Shown in pieces: positions 1 through 13,420 of a stretch of 64,000 nt of DNA. The notes below the pieces were generated by a model that saw only the letters and a program-made list of their open reading frames with translations, did not search any database and had not been told where the DNA came from. The stretch's first letter is position 1. Every line of letters begins with the position of its first letter. Location of the stretch: NCBI RefSeq assembly GCF_009914755.1, contig NC_060937.1; one strand, given 5' to 3'. Origin of the DNA: the human T2T-CHM13v2.0 reference genome, Homo sapiens. A program made the translations under genes and the position numbers.

Positions 1-315
1 CAGGGGACACATCCCCCCTCCCCCCACGGGACACATCCCCCCTCCCCCCACGGGACACATACCCCCTCCCTCCAGGGGACACATCCCCCCTCCCTCCTCG
101 GGGCACATCCCCCCTCCCTCCACGGGACACATCCCCCCTCCCTCCACGGGACACATCCCCCCTCCCTCCAGGGAACACATCCCCCCTCCCTCCAGGGGGC
201 ACATCCCCCCTCCCTCCACGGGGCACATCACCCCTCCCTCCAGGGGGCACATCCCTCCTCCCTCCAGGGCGCACATCCCTCCTCCCTCTAAGGGGCACAT
301 CCCTCCTGCCTCCCC
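1..315. repeat. C-rich minisatellite, unit about 24-31 bp (gggacacatcccccctccctcca)
   Basis: Visible tandem copies; truncated by window start. Confidence 0.9.
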
Positions 316-768
316 AGGGCACCAGCACTTGCACCACGTGCTCTGTCTTCCCATCCTCTTGCACACCCCAGACATGCCTGGTTGTGGAGGGTGCCAGGTC
401 GCCAACGTGACAGGCCTGGCTGGGCCTCTGTGTTGCAATTCCTAGCACCATTGGTTTTGCTTGTTTGGGACAGTGGTTATTATAACTTCTGGCACCCCCG
501 GAACTCTAAGAAAACAATACTAGGAAACAGAAGTTCCTGATTCGTCTGGAGGCAGAGCAGAAACCCAGGCGGAGGGTTGTGTCCTGAGGACACTGGTGAC
601 TGTAGCCTGTGTCTGTGGGGGCCTCCCCACGTCTCTGTCCCTGAGACTGGCCGTTGCCTGTTTTTGCTCCTGGCCGTCTTGACTTGGGGAGGATGGAGGT
701 TGGGCAGGAGCAGGCTCCCAGCCGGCTGGGGAACATTATGGGAGAGCACTGGGGGGCACCCACCAATG

Positions 769-951
769 TGATCTGACGGACGCCGCAGTGCCGGGCTGGA
801 GGCCGGGATCTGAGGGACGCCGCGGTGCCGGGCTGGAGGCCGGGATCTGAGGGACGCTGCGGTGCCGGGCTGGGATCTGACGGACACCGCGGTGCCGGGC
901 TGGAGGCCGGGATCTGAGGGACGCCGCGGTGCCGGGCTGGAGCCTGGGATC
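769..951. repeat. VNTR about 37 bp (gggatctgagggacgccgcggtgccgggctggaggcc), about 5 copies
   Basis: Tandem copies, CpG-rich. Confidence 0.9.
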
Positions 952-3304
952 CCAGCGTGCGGCTGTGGCCCCTGTGGCCGTGTGAGGCCGTGCAGTGGGC
1001 AGTGCAGGGCTCTCCTGGGGCCCAGGGGGCTGTGTTCCACGGGCTTCTTGGAGCTCTGCTCAGCTGGCTCTGGCATCGTCGGGGTCAGACGAGTTGGCCT
1101 GCTTAGCGAGCCGTCAGCATCCACGCCTGGGCCTCCCAGAACTGGGCTTCTGTGCTGATGGCCAGATCCGAGCCCTGGGCCCGACCATCCTCAGCCCAAC
1201 CAGCACCTGGACATCCCGGAGCCAGCGTGGAGGCCTGGGCTGCGGGTCCCCGACCGTGTGAGCAGCCGGTGGCCATCTGTCCCGGCCCGAGTGGAGAAAG
1301 CGCATCTGCCTGCAGAAGGTCCACGTGCTGCTGGGCGAGGCTGGCGAGAGCCGTCACACACACGCGGGGCCGCTGGCGGCAGATGGACGTTTCCGAAGGG
1401 AGCCGGCAGGAGCCTGACGTCTGCCCTCTGAGGCCAGGGCCTCCCCCGTCACTATTTTCTCACGGTACCGAAGCGAAAGTTGCCTGCAATACCTCTTAGA
1501 CTAGGTTGAAGTCCTGAATTCAGGCTGCAGCCCTCAATCAACAGAACTTCTGCCCAGGTGCTGCCAAGATTTTGGGGAGAACAAGAGGCCCTTGCCCGGC
1601 GTGTCCAGAGCAAGTGGCATCATGCCCACGATGGCGCAGGGTCATGGGATGTGGCCCGAGGAGCCCATAACTGGCACCGGTCAACAAGAGCCCCAGAGAC
1701 ACAGGGTGGGCCTGCCAGGGACCCTCAGGGACCACCAGGGCCTGGAGGCTCCAGCGTAGACGAGCTGGGCGGCTCTGGACGGCAGGGGATGGGGCCCCCT
1801 GTGCATGGCCCCTGGCAAGGTGCCTGGCTGGCCGTCCATCCGTGGGGTGAGCTCGGCCCAGGCGGGCAGGGTCCCTCCAGGTGGGCATGAGTGTTGCTGG
1901 CTCCCGAGCCTTGGAGAAGCTCTGCCCATTCCACAGCCGTCAGGCCGGGGGCCAGAGGGAAGCCGCTCCTTCCCGGCCCGAGGCTGCCCCTCAGGAGCCC
2001 ACTCGGCCGATGCCACCTTGTCAGTCCAGCCAGCGGGGCCTCCCCTGTGGCCTTCAAAGCCACAGGCCTCTTTCTAGAAACCTCTTTGCAGTTCATTTGT
2101 GGCGATTTATCCCTGGATGGGTTCTCATGGATTCTATCCTTCTTCTCCACCCGACTTTTCTCTAGGTCAAGTGCTGACCCCAGCCAGGCAGAGGCAAAGA
2201 TGCCCCGACGCACAGCCTGTCCTGCCCGGTGGGCGCAGCTCTGGGACTGACTGGTGGGAGGTGGGGCTGCTCCGAGCTGCCCCATCTCACTCCTGCCCAG
2301 GGAGCTCCGAGCACGGGTGGGGGTTTGGTCTTAAAGTGGAATCCCGGTTTGGGCCTCAGAGCTGAAACCCTCCCTGATCCCCCGTGTGGCCCCTGCAGTG
2401 ACCGCATCCACCCTGGGGACCCATGTTTGGCCCAGAGGCTCGAGCACAGGTGGCCGCGTCCCACGGGAGCGTCAAGCCATGAGTCTTGGTCGTCCCCTTG
2501 GGACCAAGGAGAAGCAGTGACTCCGTGGCCCCCACCAGCTGCGGCTCCGACATCCTTCCAGGAGGCAGGCAGGGTCCCGACTGCATTTCAGGCACCTGCC
2601 TGGCCGCGTTCCGGCTGCCCTGACCTTCCCTGCAGACTTGTGGCCTGCTGGGGTCAGAGAGCACCAGTGACCGCTCCACCCCTTGCAGACAAGGAAGCTG
2701 AGGCTGAGGGACATGGGGACCCTGCCAGTGGGGACGCGGGAAGCAGGGCTGGCTTTGCTCCTGGCAAGCTCTACCCCAGACCGACACAGAGAAAGCAGTT
2801 TCCCTTTCTCAACAGAACACACTTGAGGCCCGGAAGCAAGTGGATCTGTGCAGGAGGGTGGGGACGGGAATGGCACAGGGGTGCAGGCGCTGCCTCGGTG
2901 TCTTCCGGCCCTCGGTCCCAGCTCGGGGTCCCTCCCAGGTTGGCTCAGAGGCCGCTGCCCCAGCAGCCTGCGTTTGTGTGCCAAGCCCTCACTGTGCCCT
3001 CCTCACTCAGCAATGACTGGCTGCCTGTGGTGGGGGCCGAGCAGGGCGTTCTCCGCATTTACAGAACAAGTAAACTGAGGCTCCAGCCCCTGCCGCCACT
3101 ACCAGAGGAGTCAGAGGCTCCTGGGGAGCAGACCGTGGCTGCCCAACCAGGCTGGGAGCAGAAAAGAGGGAGGGATCTTTGGAGCGGCTGAGGGTGCGGC
3201 CTGGAGCCCTGGCAGCCCCGCTCATCCCAAACGCTGCTACGTGTGCAGAACCCCGCGGGGAGCAGATGACGGCCACGCGGTGTTACAAAGCTTTCTGTAA
3301 ATAT

Positions 3305-3310
3305 TTTATT
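3305..3310 (-). terminator. GAS6: GAS6 polyadenylation signal AATAAA
   Basis: TTTATT on + strand about 290 nt after the stop, preceded on the mRNA by a U-rich element. Confidence 0.85.
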
Positions 3311-3597
3311 TTCCATATTTTAGAGTCAGAAAGAAGCGCTTGGTAATAAAAATAATAGAGAATTATTTTCTTCGAGCCCGCTCTGCGCTGCGCCGGCCTC
3401 CCCGCGCCCGGGCCCACGGCTGAGTGCGCGGCGTCAGAGGCCCCAAGTCCATCTCACTATTTACAGATATGTTACAGGCCGGGATGGTCACAGAGGAAAG
3501 CCCAGCTCTCAGCATGGCCCCACGTGGTGAGGAGCCCCCAGGCTCCTCCCGGCTGTCTCGGACAGAGACTGAGAAGCCTGCCGCGTCCCGTGGGGGC

Positions 3598-3780
<183 letters not shown>

Positions 3781-4458
3781 TTAGCTCACCACGTGGCCGG
3801 CCCCGCCTGGCCCCCCTACCCCCGGCAGCGCTTGTGGCCAGCCCCGGGTTCCCTCCGAAAGGGCAGGGTTTCCCTTTCTTCTCTAACTTCTCGGTCCCCG
3901 TTCGTTTGGCCGCAGACCCGGCAGACAAGCAGGAGGCATCTGCCAGCCTGGGCTCTGCAGACGCCAGCCCTCCCTTCCCCGCTGGGAGCACAGACAGTCC
4001 CATCGGTTAAACGTGATCTTCTTCTGTGCCCAGTGAGTCATTCAGGCTGCAGGCCTCCTGGCTCGCTCTCATCCTCTTCAAAGCTCTGTTTATTAAAACT
4101 AAGTGGAGTCTGTGTCTGGCAGCCAAGAGAGAAATCCTGCCGTTTGCCGCAAGTGAAAACCTGCGGGCAGCCGAGGACTTGCCGGCTCCCACGTGCCTTT
4201 CCGCTGACCCTCCCAGCTCATGGCAAGGACATCCCCGGTCCCAGCCTCTGTGCTGTGTAGCCCATGGGACACGGCAGGACGCCCTGCTGGACATGGGAGG
4301 GGCTGGCGGTCACTCTGTTCGCTGCTAACAGCTGCGGTGACAGCCGCGGGTCCCAACTGCAGCCTGGCCCGAGGTCTGCCCAGCCCTCTCCCCCGGGGCT
4401 GGTCTGATGGGTGTGGACGAATGCTCCCTGAAGATGCAGGTTCGTGGGGCCTGACTCA

Positions 4459-4941
<483 letters not shown>

Positions 4942-6083
4942 TCAGGGCCTGCCGGCCACCCCTACGTGAGCTGTTAGGTCCAAGCTGGTCCTCACAGCTG
5001 CTGGCCACCCCTACGCCGCACTCCTGTCTCCGTCCAGGGTTCCCTGCAGCCCTGGGTCTGGATGCTCGCTGACTGTGGATGACACCCCCACCCCACCTGG
5101 GGCTCAGCTTCTCTGCACGTAAAGCCAGGGGCCAGCCTGGGAGGCTGTGGGGGAACAAGTGTGGCCCCCAGGTTGGGTGTGAGAGGGTCAACCCCAGCCC
5201 CAGGCACCAGGCACACACAAGACCGAGGCTGCACTTGACCAGGAACTGGGGTGGCCCTGATGGGGACCCAGGACCCAGCCCTGCGGTGGCGGCCTCCCAG
5301 CCCGGTGGGCACTCACGCTGGCACCACAGCCCAGCAGCCCAGGGGTCGGCTGTTGCTACATAACAGCAGCTGTTTATTCCAGATGCTGAGATTGGGTCTG
5401 GCCCTGGTAACGAGCATTTGCATGAACCAAGCCTGTCACTGTCGTATCCCAGCAAGCGGGAGGGCTCTGTGGCCCCGGGGTGGGCAGACTTGGAGAACGT
5501 GAGCCTCTCTGGTTTGACCCATGTCTCCCTCCTTAGCACACGAGCGAGAGAATAAAAGCTGTTTCTGTCACCTCTTGATTGTTCTGTGGGGAAAACAGCA
5601 TGAGTCCCCCAGCCCAGGACAGCTGACTTATTGTGAGGACCGGGGGTGGGGGGACCTTGTCCAAGGGGCAGCTGCACTCAGCTCCACCCGGTGTCCCCCA
5701 CGGAAAGACGCTGTTGGGGGACCGGCCAAGGTCACAGATCCGACTTTTCCAGGGAAATTGGAAAACTGAGTTTGTTGCTGAAATCATCTGACTTAAACAC
5801 CAGAGACTAATTCAGATTGCTGTGAGCCACCATCTGCCCAACCGAACAGGGGAAAAGCTCCCACACTGTGAGCCGAGTGTGGCTCGCAGGCGCCGGCCCC
5901 CTCAGCTGTGTGGCGGTGACCTGGTGTCCAAACAACCCCCGCAGCCCGAAGCGTGGCCCACGCCGGGCTTGGCTCATCAGACCTCTGGTCAGAGGCTTTG
6001 GGGGTCCCTGGGGATCCCACCGCGGGCCCCCTTCGTCCCCTGCCAGGGAGTGCAGCCCACGTACCCGTGGGTCGAGCCGGTCA

Positions 6084-6305
<222 letters not shown>

Positions 6306-6752
6306 TTATAGGGTGGTATGCACGGTGGAGAGGCCACAGTGAGGTCGGAGCAGGGCCTCGAGAGATGCAGTCCCAGCCGGGGTGGGAAGCTGTGCAGACA
6401 GCCCCGGATCTGGGACGTGATGGAAAACTCAACAGACTGGTTCAGATCTTGGCCCGGAGCCCAGAGGCACCGGGGACCCCCAGGCTGTTTCTCCCTGGCC
6501 ACACCAGTACCCCACTTCCAAATGCCCTGTAGGTGACCACCAGGCCACACAGGCCCGTCTGAGGGGCCACAGGCTGTGCACCATGGGACGCAGGCCTGTC
6601 CCTGCCTCCCTCCGATGTCCTCTTGTTTCAGGAGCGCCTGACAGCTCCTTCCTCAGAGCGTGCGTGGCCTCGTGCCTCGCATCTCACCTGCAGCTTTCAG
6701 GTAGCAGCACAGGGCCCAGTGGGGGCTGAGAGTTTAAGATAGCATGCGGACA

Positions 6753-7125
6753 GGAGCTGTCATGAGCACGGTGGTCTGGGGTCTGAGCTGTCAGGAGCAC
6801 GCGCGGTCTGGGGTCTGAGCTGTCAGGAGCACCCGCGGTCTGAGTTCTGAGCTGTCAGGAGCACCGTGGTCTGGGGTCTGAGCTGTCGGGAGCACGCGTG
6901 GTCTGGGGTCTGAGCTGTCAGGAGCACCCGCGGTCTGGGGTCTGAGCTGTCGGGAGCACGCGCGGTCTGGGGTCTGAGCTGTCAGGAGCACCCGCGGTCT
7001 GGGGTCTGAGCTGTCGGGAGCACCTGCGGTCTGGGGTCTGAGCTGTCAGGAGCACGCGCGGTCTGGGGTCTGAGCTGTCAGGAGCACGTGCGGTCTGGGG
7101 TCTGAGCTGTCGGGAACATGTGTGG
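6753..7125. repeat. VNTR 32 bp (gtctgagctgtcaggagcacgcgcggtctggg), about 11 copies, intron 12
   Basis: Period 32 (6781 to 6813). Confidence 0.93.
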
Positions 7126-7607
7126 TCTCCCAGGGAGAATGCCACGGCATATCCTCTCCACGCTGAGCCCTCCGTGGACTAAGAAGCCAGAAGAAAAAAC
7201 TTCCGCCCTGTTTTCAGTGTTTCTATCTCACCCAGAATTCCAAAGTCCTGATAAAGAAGCTGTTTTAGGAAAAAGGACCCCAAATCACTGTGTGTACAGA
7301 TTTGTGACTGGGCGCCTCGCACTGCAGGCCAAGGTTGGGGTCAGAGTGAATTGTGCTGGTTTCCCTGTCTCTTTCCCACGGGGCTGTGTGCGCCTGAAAC
7401 CCACATCGCCTGTCCTGCCTGTCCCTAGCTGGACCCGCCACATCAGTTCTCAACAACCATTTATGGCACTGAAACACACAAAATCAGAAAAAGTAACAAA
7501 AATATTGCAACAGAATCAAAAAGTAACAACAAAAAATCTCCTGTTTGCGGGTCTTCCCATAACCTGTGAAGGGAGAGATGATGGTGTTCTTTAAAATGGA
7601 AGCTCCC

Positions 7608-7931
7608 AGTCGGGCGTGGTGGCTCACGCCTGTAATCCTAGCAATTTGGGAGGCTGAGGTGGGTGGATCACCTAAGGTCGGGAGTTCGAGACCAACCTGA
7701 CCAACATGGAGAAACCCCATCTCTACTAAAAATGCAAAATTAGCTGGGTGTGGTGGTGCATGCCTGTAATCCCATCTACTCGGGAGGCTGAGGCAGGAGA
7801 ATCGCTTGAACCTGGGAGGCGGAGGTTGTGGTATGAACCTGGGAGGTGGAGCCAAGATCGTGCCATTGTACTCCAGTGTGGGCAACAAAGGCGAAACTCC
7901 GTCTCAAAAAAAAAAAAAAAAAAAAAAAAAA
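7608..7931 (+). mobile_element. AluS-family element with A-tail, TSD GGAAGCTCC and an internal 18-bp duplication
   Basis: Alu consensus; TT/AAAA endonuclease site at 7591; ggaagctcc at 7598 and 7932. Confidence 0.95.
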
Positions 7932-9042
7932 GGAAGCTCCTGACAGGAGGCTAGGCACATGTTGGCCATCGGGGCTTCACAAGGGCACCGGCCTCTGCTC
8001 TCCCCGGGAAGGTTTCCCGGCTCCACGTGGCCCCTTGCATGGAGGCTGCACAGACCCGGAGATCTGCAAGCCTGAGCCCAGCAGAGTCGCTGCAGAGTGA
8101 GCCAGGCCAGTACTACCATTCCCAGCAAGTCTCCTCTGTCTTGTAAGAGACGTTACTGGTATAGTTTGAGATTCACTGGAAACGCATGGAGCTGTAACTG
8201 CTTCTGTCCGGATAGACCAAAAAGGGCCGGCAGACGCGGCCGGCAGTCACTGGAAATGGCCCCTGTGATGCCTGCATAAGGTTACCCCTGAGAAATGTGT
8301 ATGATATTAAGTGGAAAAAGGATTTAAGCATTTCATATGACATGATTTCGTGTCAAACATTATGATGCTCTAGATTTGGAAGTCCAAAAATCAAGACTGA
8401 GGGAGAACGCGTGTGCACAGTCAGTCCAGCCAGTGGCAGATGGCGCTTTTCTCAGATGCCTTTCCTGACACGGTCACGCTTTTGACACCCGGGGGGGGAC
8501 GGTGACACTGGATCTGGCTCAGGACGGGGCAGGACCCTCCCCTTTGCTCCGCGTGGATCCCCTTGAACCTGGGGTTCCTGCTGGGTGCTTGAGGGCCGGC
8601 AGCCCTGAGATCTGACGGAGGGGGCGCTGCCTGCCCTCTGTGCGTGTGGGGGCTTCACCATAAACGGCTCGGTGTCCAGGAATAGGGCAGGGCTGTGGTG
8701 CCCCAGTGGGGCCCACGTGGGGTGGGAATGTGAGGCAGGGTGGGGCCGAGCAGTAACACTATCCTCACAGCAGCACCCCCGGAGCCTGCACTGGGGAGGG
8801 CGGCAGCGTGGCGTCACAGGACTGGGCCAGCAGCTCACATCCACCCTGTCCTCCCTTTTTCAGGCCTAGGTTCACTGTCCCCCAGGCAGCTTCACGGCTG
8901 TTTTTACACACCTCCCATTGTAGCTGTCTCACCGGGTCATCGGTGACCACGGTGTCCACCATGTTACCGAGAGCTTCTCTGTGCCCCTGGACGAGTCCTA
9001 AGGCTGTGCTGTCTCCGGACTTTCTGCAAAGGACCCTGTAAG

Positions 9043-9512
9043 GCTCCCAGCCTCCCCGGCCTCGCAGGCACCTTCTCTCCCCCGCCTCCCGGCGCCGGCC
9101 TCGCAGGCACCTTCTCTCCCCGGCCTCCCGGCGCTGGCCTCGCAGGCACCTTCTCTCCCCGGCCTCCCGGCGCCGGCCTTGCAGGCACCTGCTCTCCCCG
9201 GCCTCCCAGCGCCGGCCTCGCAGGCACCTTCTCTCCCCCGCCTCCTGGCGCTGGCCTCGCAGGCACCTTCTCTCCCCAGCCTCCCGGCGCCGGCCTCGCA
9301 GGCACCTTCTCTCCCCGGCCTCCCGGCGCCAGCCTCGGCTTCGCGGGCACCTTCTCTCCCCGGCCTCCTGGCACTGGCCTCGCAGGCACCTTCTCTCCCC
9401 AGCCTCCCAGCGCCGGCCTTGCAGGCACCTTCTCTCCCCGGCCTCCCGGCGCCGGCCTCGCAGGCACCTTCTCTCCCCGGCCTCCTGGCACTGGCTTCGC
9501 AGGCACCTTCTC
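9043..9512. repeat. VNTR 39 bp (cctcgcaggcaccttctctccccggcctcccggcgccgg), about 12 copies, intron 12
   Basis: Period 39 (9061 to 9100). Confidence 0.93.
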
Positions 9513-9752
9513 GGCACATCTCTCTCATTTCTTCTTCACTGGCTGACTCTGAACTGAGTGACCTGCATGGCCATCCTGAGAGGTGGGCCTCTGCCCGCAC
9601 CTCCGCCCACCCCGCCCACCCTGCCCTGCCCCGGAACCGGAGGAGCCTCAGCTTGTCCTGACGCTGCCATCTGAGGCCGTCTGCTTGCTTTCAGCGTATG
9701 CCTGTCTGAAGGTGCAGCCACAGCCACCCCAACGGTAAGAGCCAAGACTTAC

Positions 9753-9921
9753 TGTAGTCCAGGCTGTAGAAGGCGAAGCCGCTCCCGGGGTAGAAAGAGC
9801 CTCTCTCCGTCACCGAGAAGCACTGCATCCTCGTGTTCACTTTCACCGTTTCCTGGATGGTGGTGTCTTCTCCGTTCAGCCAGTTCCAGCTCCTCATGCA
9901 GCCATCCAGACGAGGGTTTAT
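9753..9921 (-). CDS. GAS6: GAS6 exon 12 ([15 protein letters not shown]...[11 protein letters not shown])
   Basis: AG/GTAAGT boundaries; 169 nt. Confidence 0.97.
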
Positions 9922-10312
9922 CTGGAAAGGCAGAGAAATCTCCGTGGCTTCCTGGGAGCGAGAAGCCCCATGCCGGATGCCCCAGTCGGTGGGTGGCGCC
10001 TTCGCGGCCCTGGTATGTGCAGCTCTACGGCAGAAACGGGCCAGTCCCATCGGTGGTGGCCATTTCACAGAAGGTTTCTTCACTTTACACAACGCCTCAC
10101 TGCAGAATACCTATTTCCACTGGTGTATGCTCAAGAACTAAAGGTTCATTTTAAAGCTAGGAAAGGACTGAAAAGGCCATGTGGGTCTAAGGTCAAAGAG
10201 TATGGATTGTTCAACCATCCAACACTCATGTGAATTATTCAATATTCAATATGGCTGTGGGCAAATCAGGGCAACCCCCTTATCTGTGAAACGAGGAGGG
10301 TCCAGCCAGGCA

Positions 10313-10430
10313 AAGTCCCGGCACCAGGCTGTCTGTGGGCCTGGGAAGCAGGTGCCCCTCACAACACCGAAGGTCCCGGCACCAGGCAGTCTGTGGGCCT
10401 GGGGAGCAGGGGCCCCTCACAACACTGAAG
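10313..10430. repeat. 58-bp tandem duplication (2 copies)
   Basis: gtcccggcaccagg...cctcacaacac at 10315 and 10373. Confidence 0.85.
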
Positions 10431-10750
10431 GGGTGGCTTCAGAACAGGCACTGCCGACACTCAGCACCCAAAGACGCGAAGACATGCGTGCCTTTCTCCT
10501 GCCTGGTGTGGAAGTGAAAATACCCAGGATGACGGCTTAGACGTCAGCACGTGGGGGCTGGAGACACAGGTCGGGGGCACGGGCGTGTGCTGTGCTGAAG
10601 CGGAGAGAAGGCGGGACCTGGAGCAATGGCCCACACTGACCGCCCATCATGGCTGTTTTCCCCTTATGAGACTCACGGCAGAGTTACAAAACCCAAAATG
10701 TTCTTGGAAATTGTCCAAAAAAGTTTACTGTTCTGTTAAAGAATAATTTC

Positions 10751-11049
<299 letters not shown>

Positions 11050-11303
11050 TTATCTCCATTGAAAAATAGACAACTTTATTATCAATTCAGATGAAAACTT
11101 AGGTCTCATAAAAAGAGATGGTAAAATTAATGACATAGCTGTACGGCGACTTTGTCAAACTCTAGGAAACCTTTCCTTCCTCTAGGTCCTCCTCACACCT
11201 GGTTAATGGTAAACACAGGGCAGGGTGTGACTGAGGCTTCCTGACACCGTTCCCGGGATCCCAGCACACGGCGCGTCTACACAGGGACAGGTACAGTACT
11301 CAC

Positions 11304-11468
11304 AGGCTGCACGAGGTCCTTCTCATGGAAGGGAATACCTCCCACGGTCAGGTTCAGATGATACAGTCCTCGCTCCGGTTGGAACAAGTCCCCGGCCACC
11401 GCGATTTTCATGACAGCATCCCTGTTGACCTTGATGACCAGATTCCGCGCCAGCTCCTCAACAGAGAT
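11304..11468 (-). CDS. GAS6: GAS6 exon 11 (LG1, [15 protein letters not shown]...[19 protein letters not shown])
   Basis: AG/GTGAGT boundaries; NLT N-glycosylation sequon; 165 nt. Confidence 0.97.
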
Positions 11469-11544
11469 CTGAAGAGAGGCAGCGCCATGAGAAAAGATGG
11501 GAGTGCACGTTCTGAAGGGGCTCCCAACTGAGAAAAACCACACT

Positions 11545-12665
11545 CATCCTCTCCTGAGCCAAGAGGGTCCCGACCTCGGGGAGGCCACCTGATCCTCACC
11601 TGGGCCAAGAGGGTCCCAACCTCAGGGAGACCACCTGATCCTCCCCTGAGCCAAGAGGGTCCCGATCTCAGGGAGACCACCTGATCCTCACCTGGGCCAA
11701 GAGGGTCCCGACCTCAGGGAGACCACCTGATCCTCCCCTGAGCCAAGAGGGTCCCGATCTCAGGCAGACCACATGATCCTCACCTGGGCCAAGAGGGTCC
11801 CAATCTCAGGGAGGCCACCTGATCCTCACCTGGGCGAAGAGGGTCCCAATCTCAGGGAGACCACCTGATCCTCACCTGGCCAAGAGGGACCTGACCTCAG
11901 GGAGACCACCTGATCCACACCTGAGCCAAGAAGGTCCCAATCTCAGGGAGTCCACCTGATCCTCACCTGGGCCAAGAGGGTCCCAACCTCAGGGAGACCA
12001 CCTGATCCACACCTGAGCCAAGAAGGTCCCAATCTCAGGGACACCACCTGATCCTCACCTGGGCCAAGAGGGTCTCAATCTCAGGGAGACCACATGATCC
12101 TCACCTGGGCCAAGAGGGACCTGACCCGGGGAGACCACCTGATCCTCACCTGGGCCAAGAGGGTCCCAACTTCAGAGAGACCACCTGATCCACACCTGAG
12201 CCAAGAGGGTCCCAACCTCAGAGAGACCACCTGATCCTCACCTGAGCCATGAGGGACCTGATCTCAAGGAGACCATCTGATCCTCACCTGGGCCAAGAGG
12301 GACCTGACCTCAGGGAGTCCACCTGATCCTCACCTGGGCCAAGAGGGACCTGACCTCAGGGAGTCCACCTGATCCTCACCTGGGCCAAGAGGGTCCCAAT
12401 CTCAGGGAGGCCACCTGATCCTCACCTGGGCCAAGAGGGACCTGACCTCGGGGAGACCACCTGATCCTCACCTGAGCCAAGAGGGTCCCAATCTCAGGGA
12501 GACCCCCTGATCCACACCTGAGCCAAGAAGGTCCCAATCTCAGGGAGACCACCTGATCCTCACCTGAGCCAAGAGGGACCTGACCTCAAGGAGACCACCT
12601 GATCCACACCTGAGCCAAGAGGGTCCCAACCTCAGAGAGTCCCTGCTCATCATCTGGGCCAGGAG
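11545..12665. repeat. VNTR 46 bp (gatcctcacctgggccaagagggtcccaatctcagggagaccacct), about 24 copies, intron 10
   Basis: Period 46 (11591 to 11637). Confidence 0.95.
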
Positions 12666-12968
12666 GGCCCTCGATGCATCAATGTGGTCACCAAAACCTT
12701 TCCTCATAGAAAACCTGTAAAGTCTAATGCTAGATACACTATATTCCTGAGCTTCAGAAGAATATCCTTCTTCCTGTGTGAAAACACCTTTCAGGTATTT
12801 GGGTTTGAACTGAGTCACAAAAACATGGTACAAATTCGGGTCAGCTGGGTTTGGGCAGCAGCTAGAGAGGGTGGAATTGGGGAGGGGTCCTCATGAGGTA
12901 CCCCTGCTGGGGAAGGGCCTGTCTTGGTGGGGTGCTGCGGCCGCTGTGAGTCACTGGGCGGGACTACA

Positions 12969-13420
12969 CTGCAACACCGCTCCCCCAGGTGACCTCGCCT
13001 CAGGCCACCTGCCCCGGGCCCCTCCTCCCCGTGGCTCCATCCCCTGCAACACCGCTCCCCCAGGCGACCTCGCCTCAGGCCACCTGCCCCGGGCCCCTCC
13101 TCCCCGTGGCTCCATCCCCTGCAACACCGCTCCCCCAGGCGACCTCGCCTCAGGCCACCTGCCCCGGGCCCCTCCTCCCCATGGCTCCATCCCCTGCAAC
13201 ACCACTCCCTCCAGGCGACCTCGCCTCAGGCCACCTGCCCCGGGCCCCTCCTCCCCATGGCTCCATCCCCTGCAACACCGCTCCCCCAGGCGACCTCGCC
13301 TCAGGCCACCTGCCCCGGGCCCCTCCTCCCCATGGCTCCATCCCCTGCAACACCGCTCCCCCAGGCGACCTCGCCTCAGGCCACCTGCCCTGGGGCCCTC
13401 CTCCCCGGGGCTCCATCCCT
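12969..13420. repeat. VNTR 75 bp, 6 copies, intron 10
   Basis: Period 75 (12971 to 13046). Confidence 0.95.

Noticed and set aside
2229-3191. 320-aa + strand ORF downstream of GAS6 (also 16979-17956 and 20606-21715)
   Set aside because: GC-rich or repeat-derived, non-ATG or weak starts, no domain similarity
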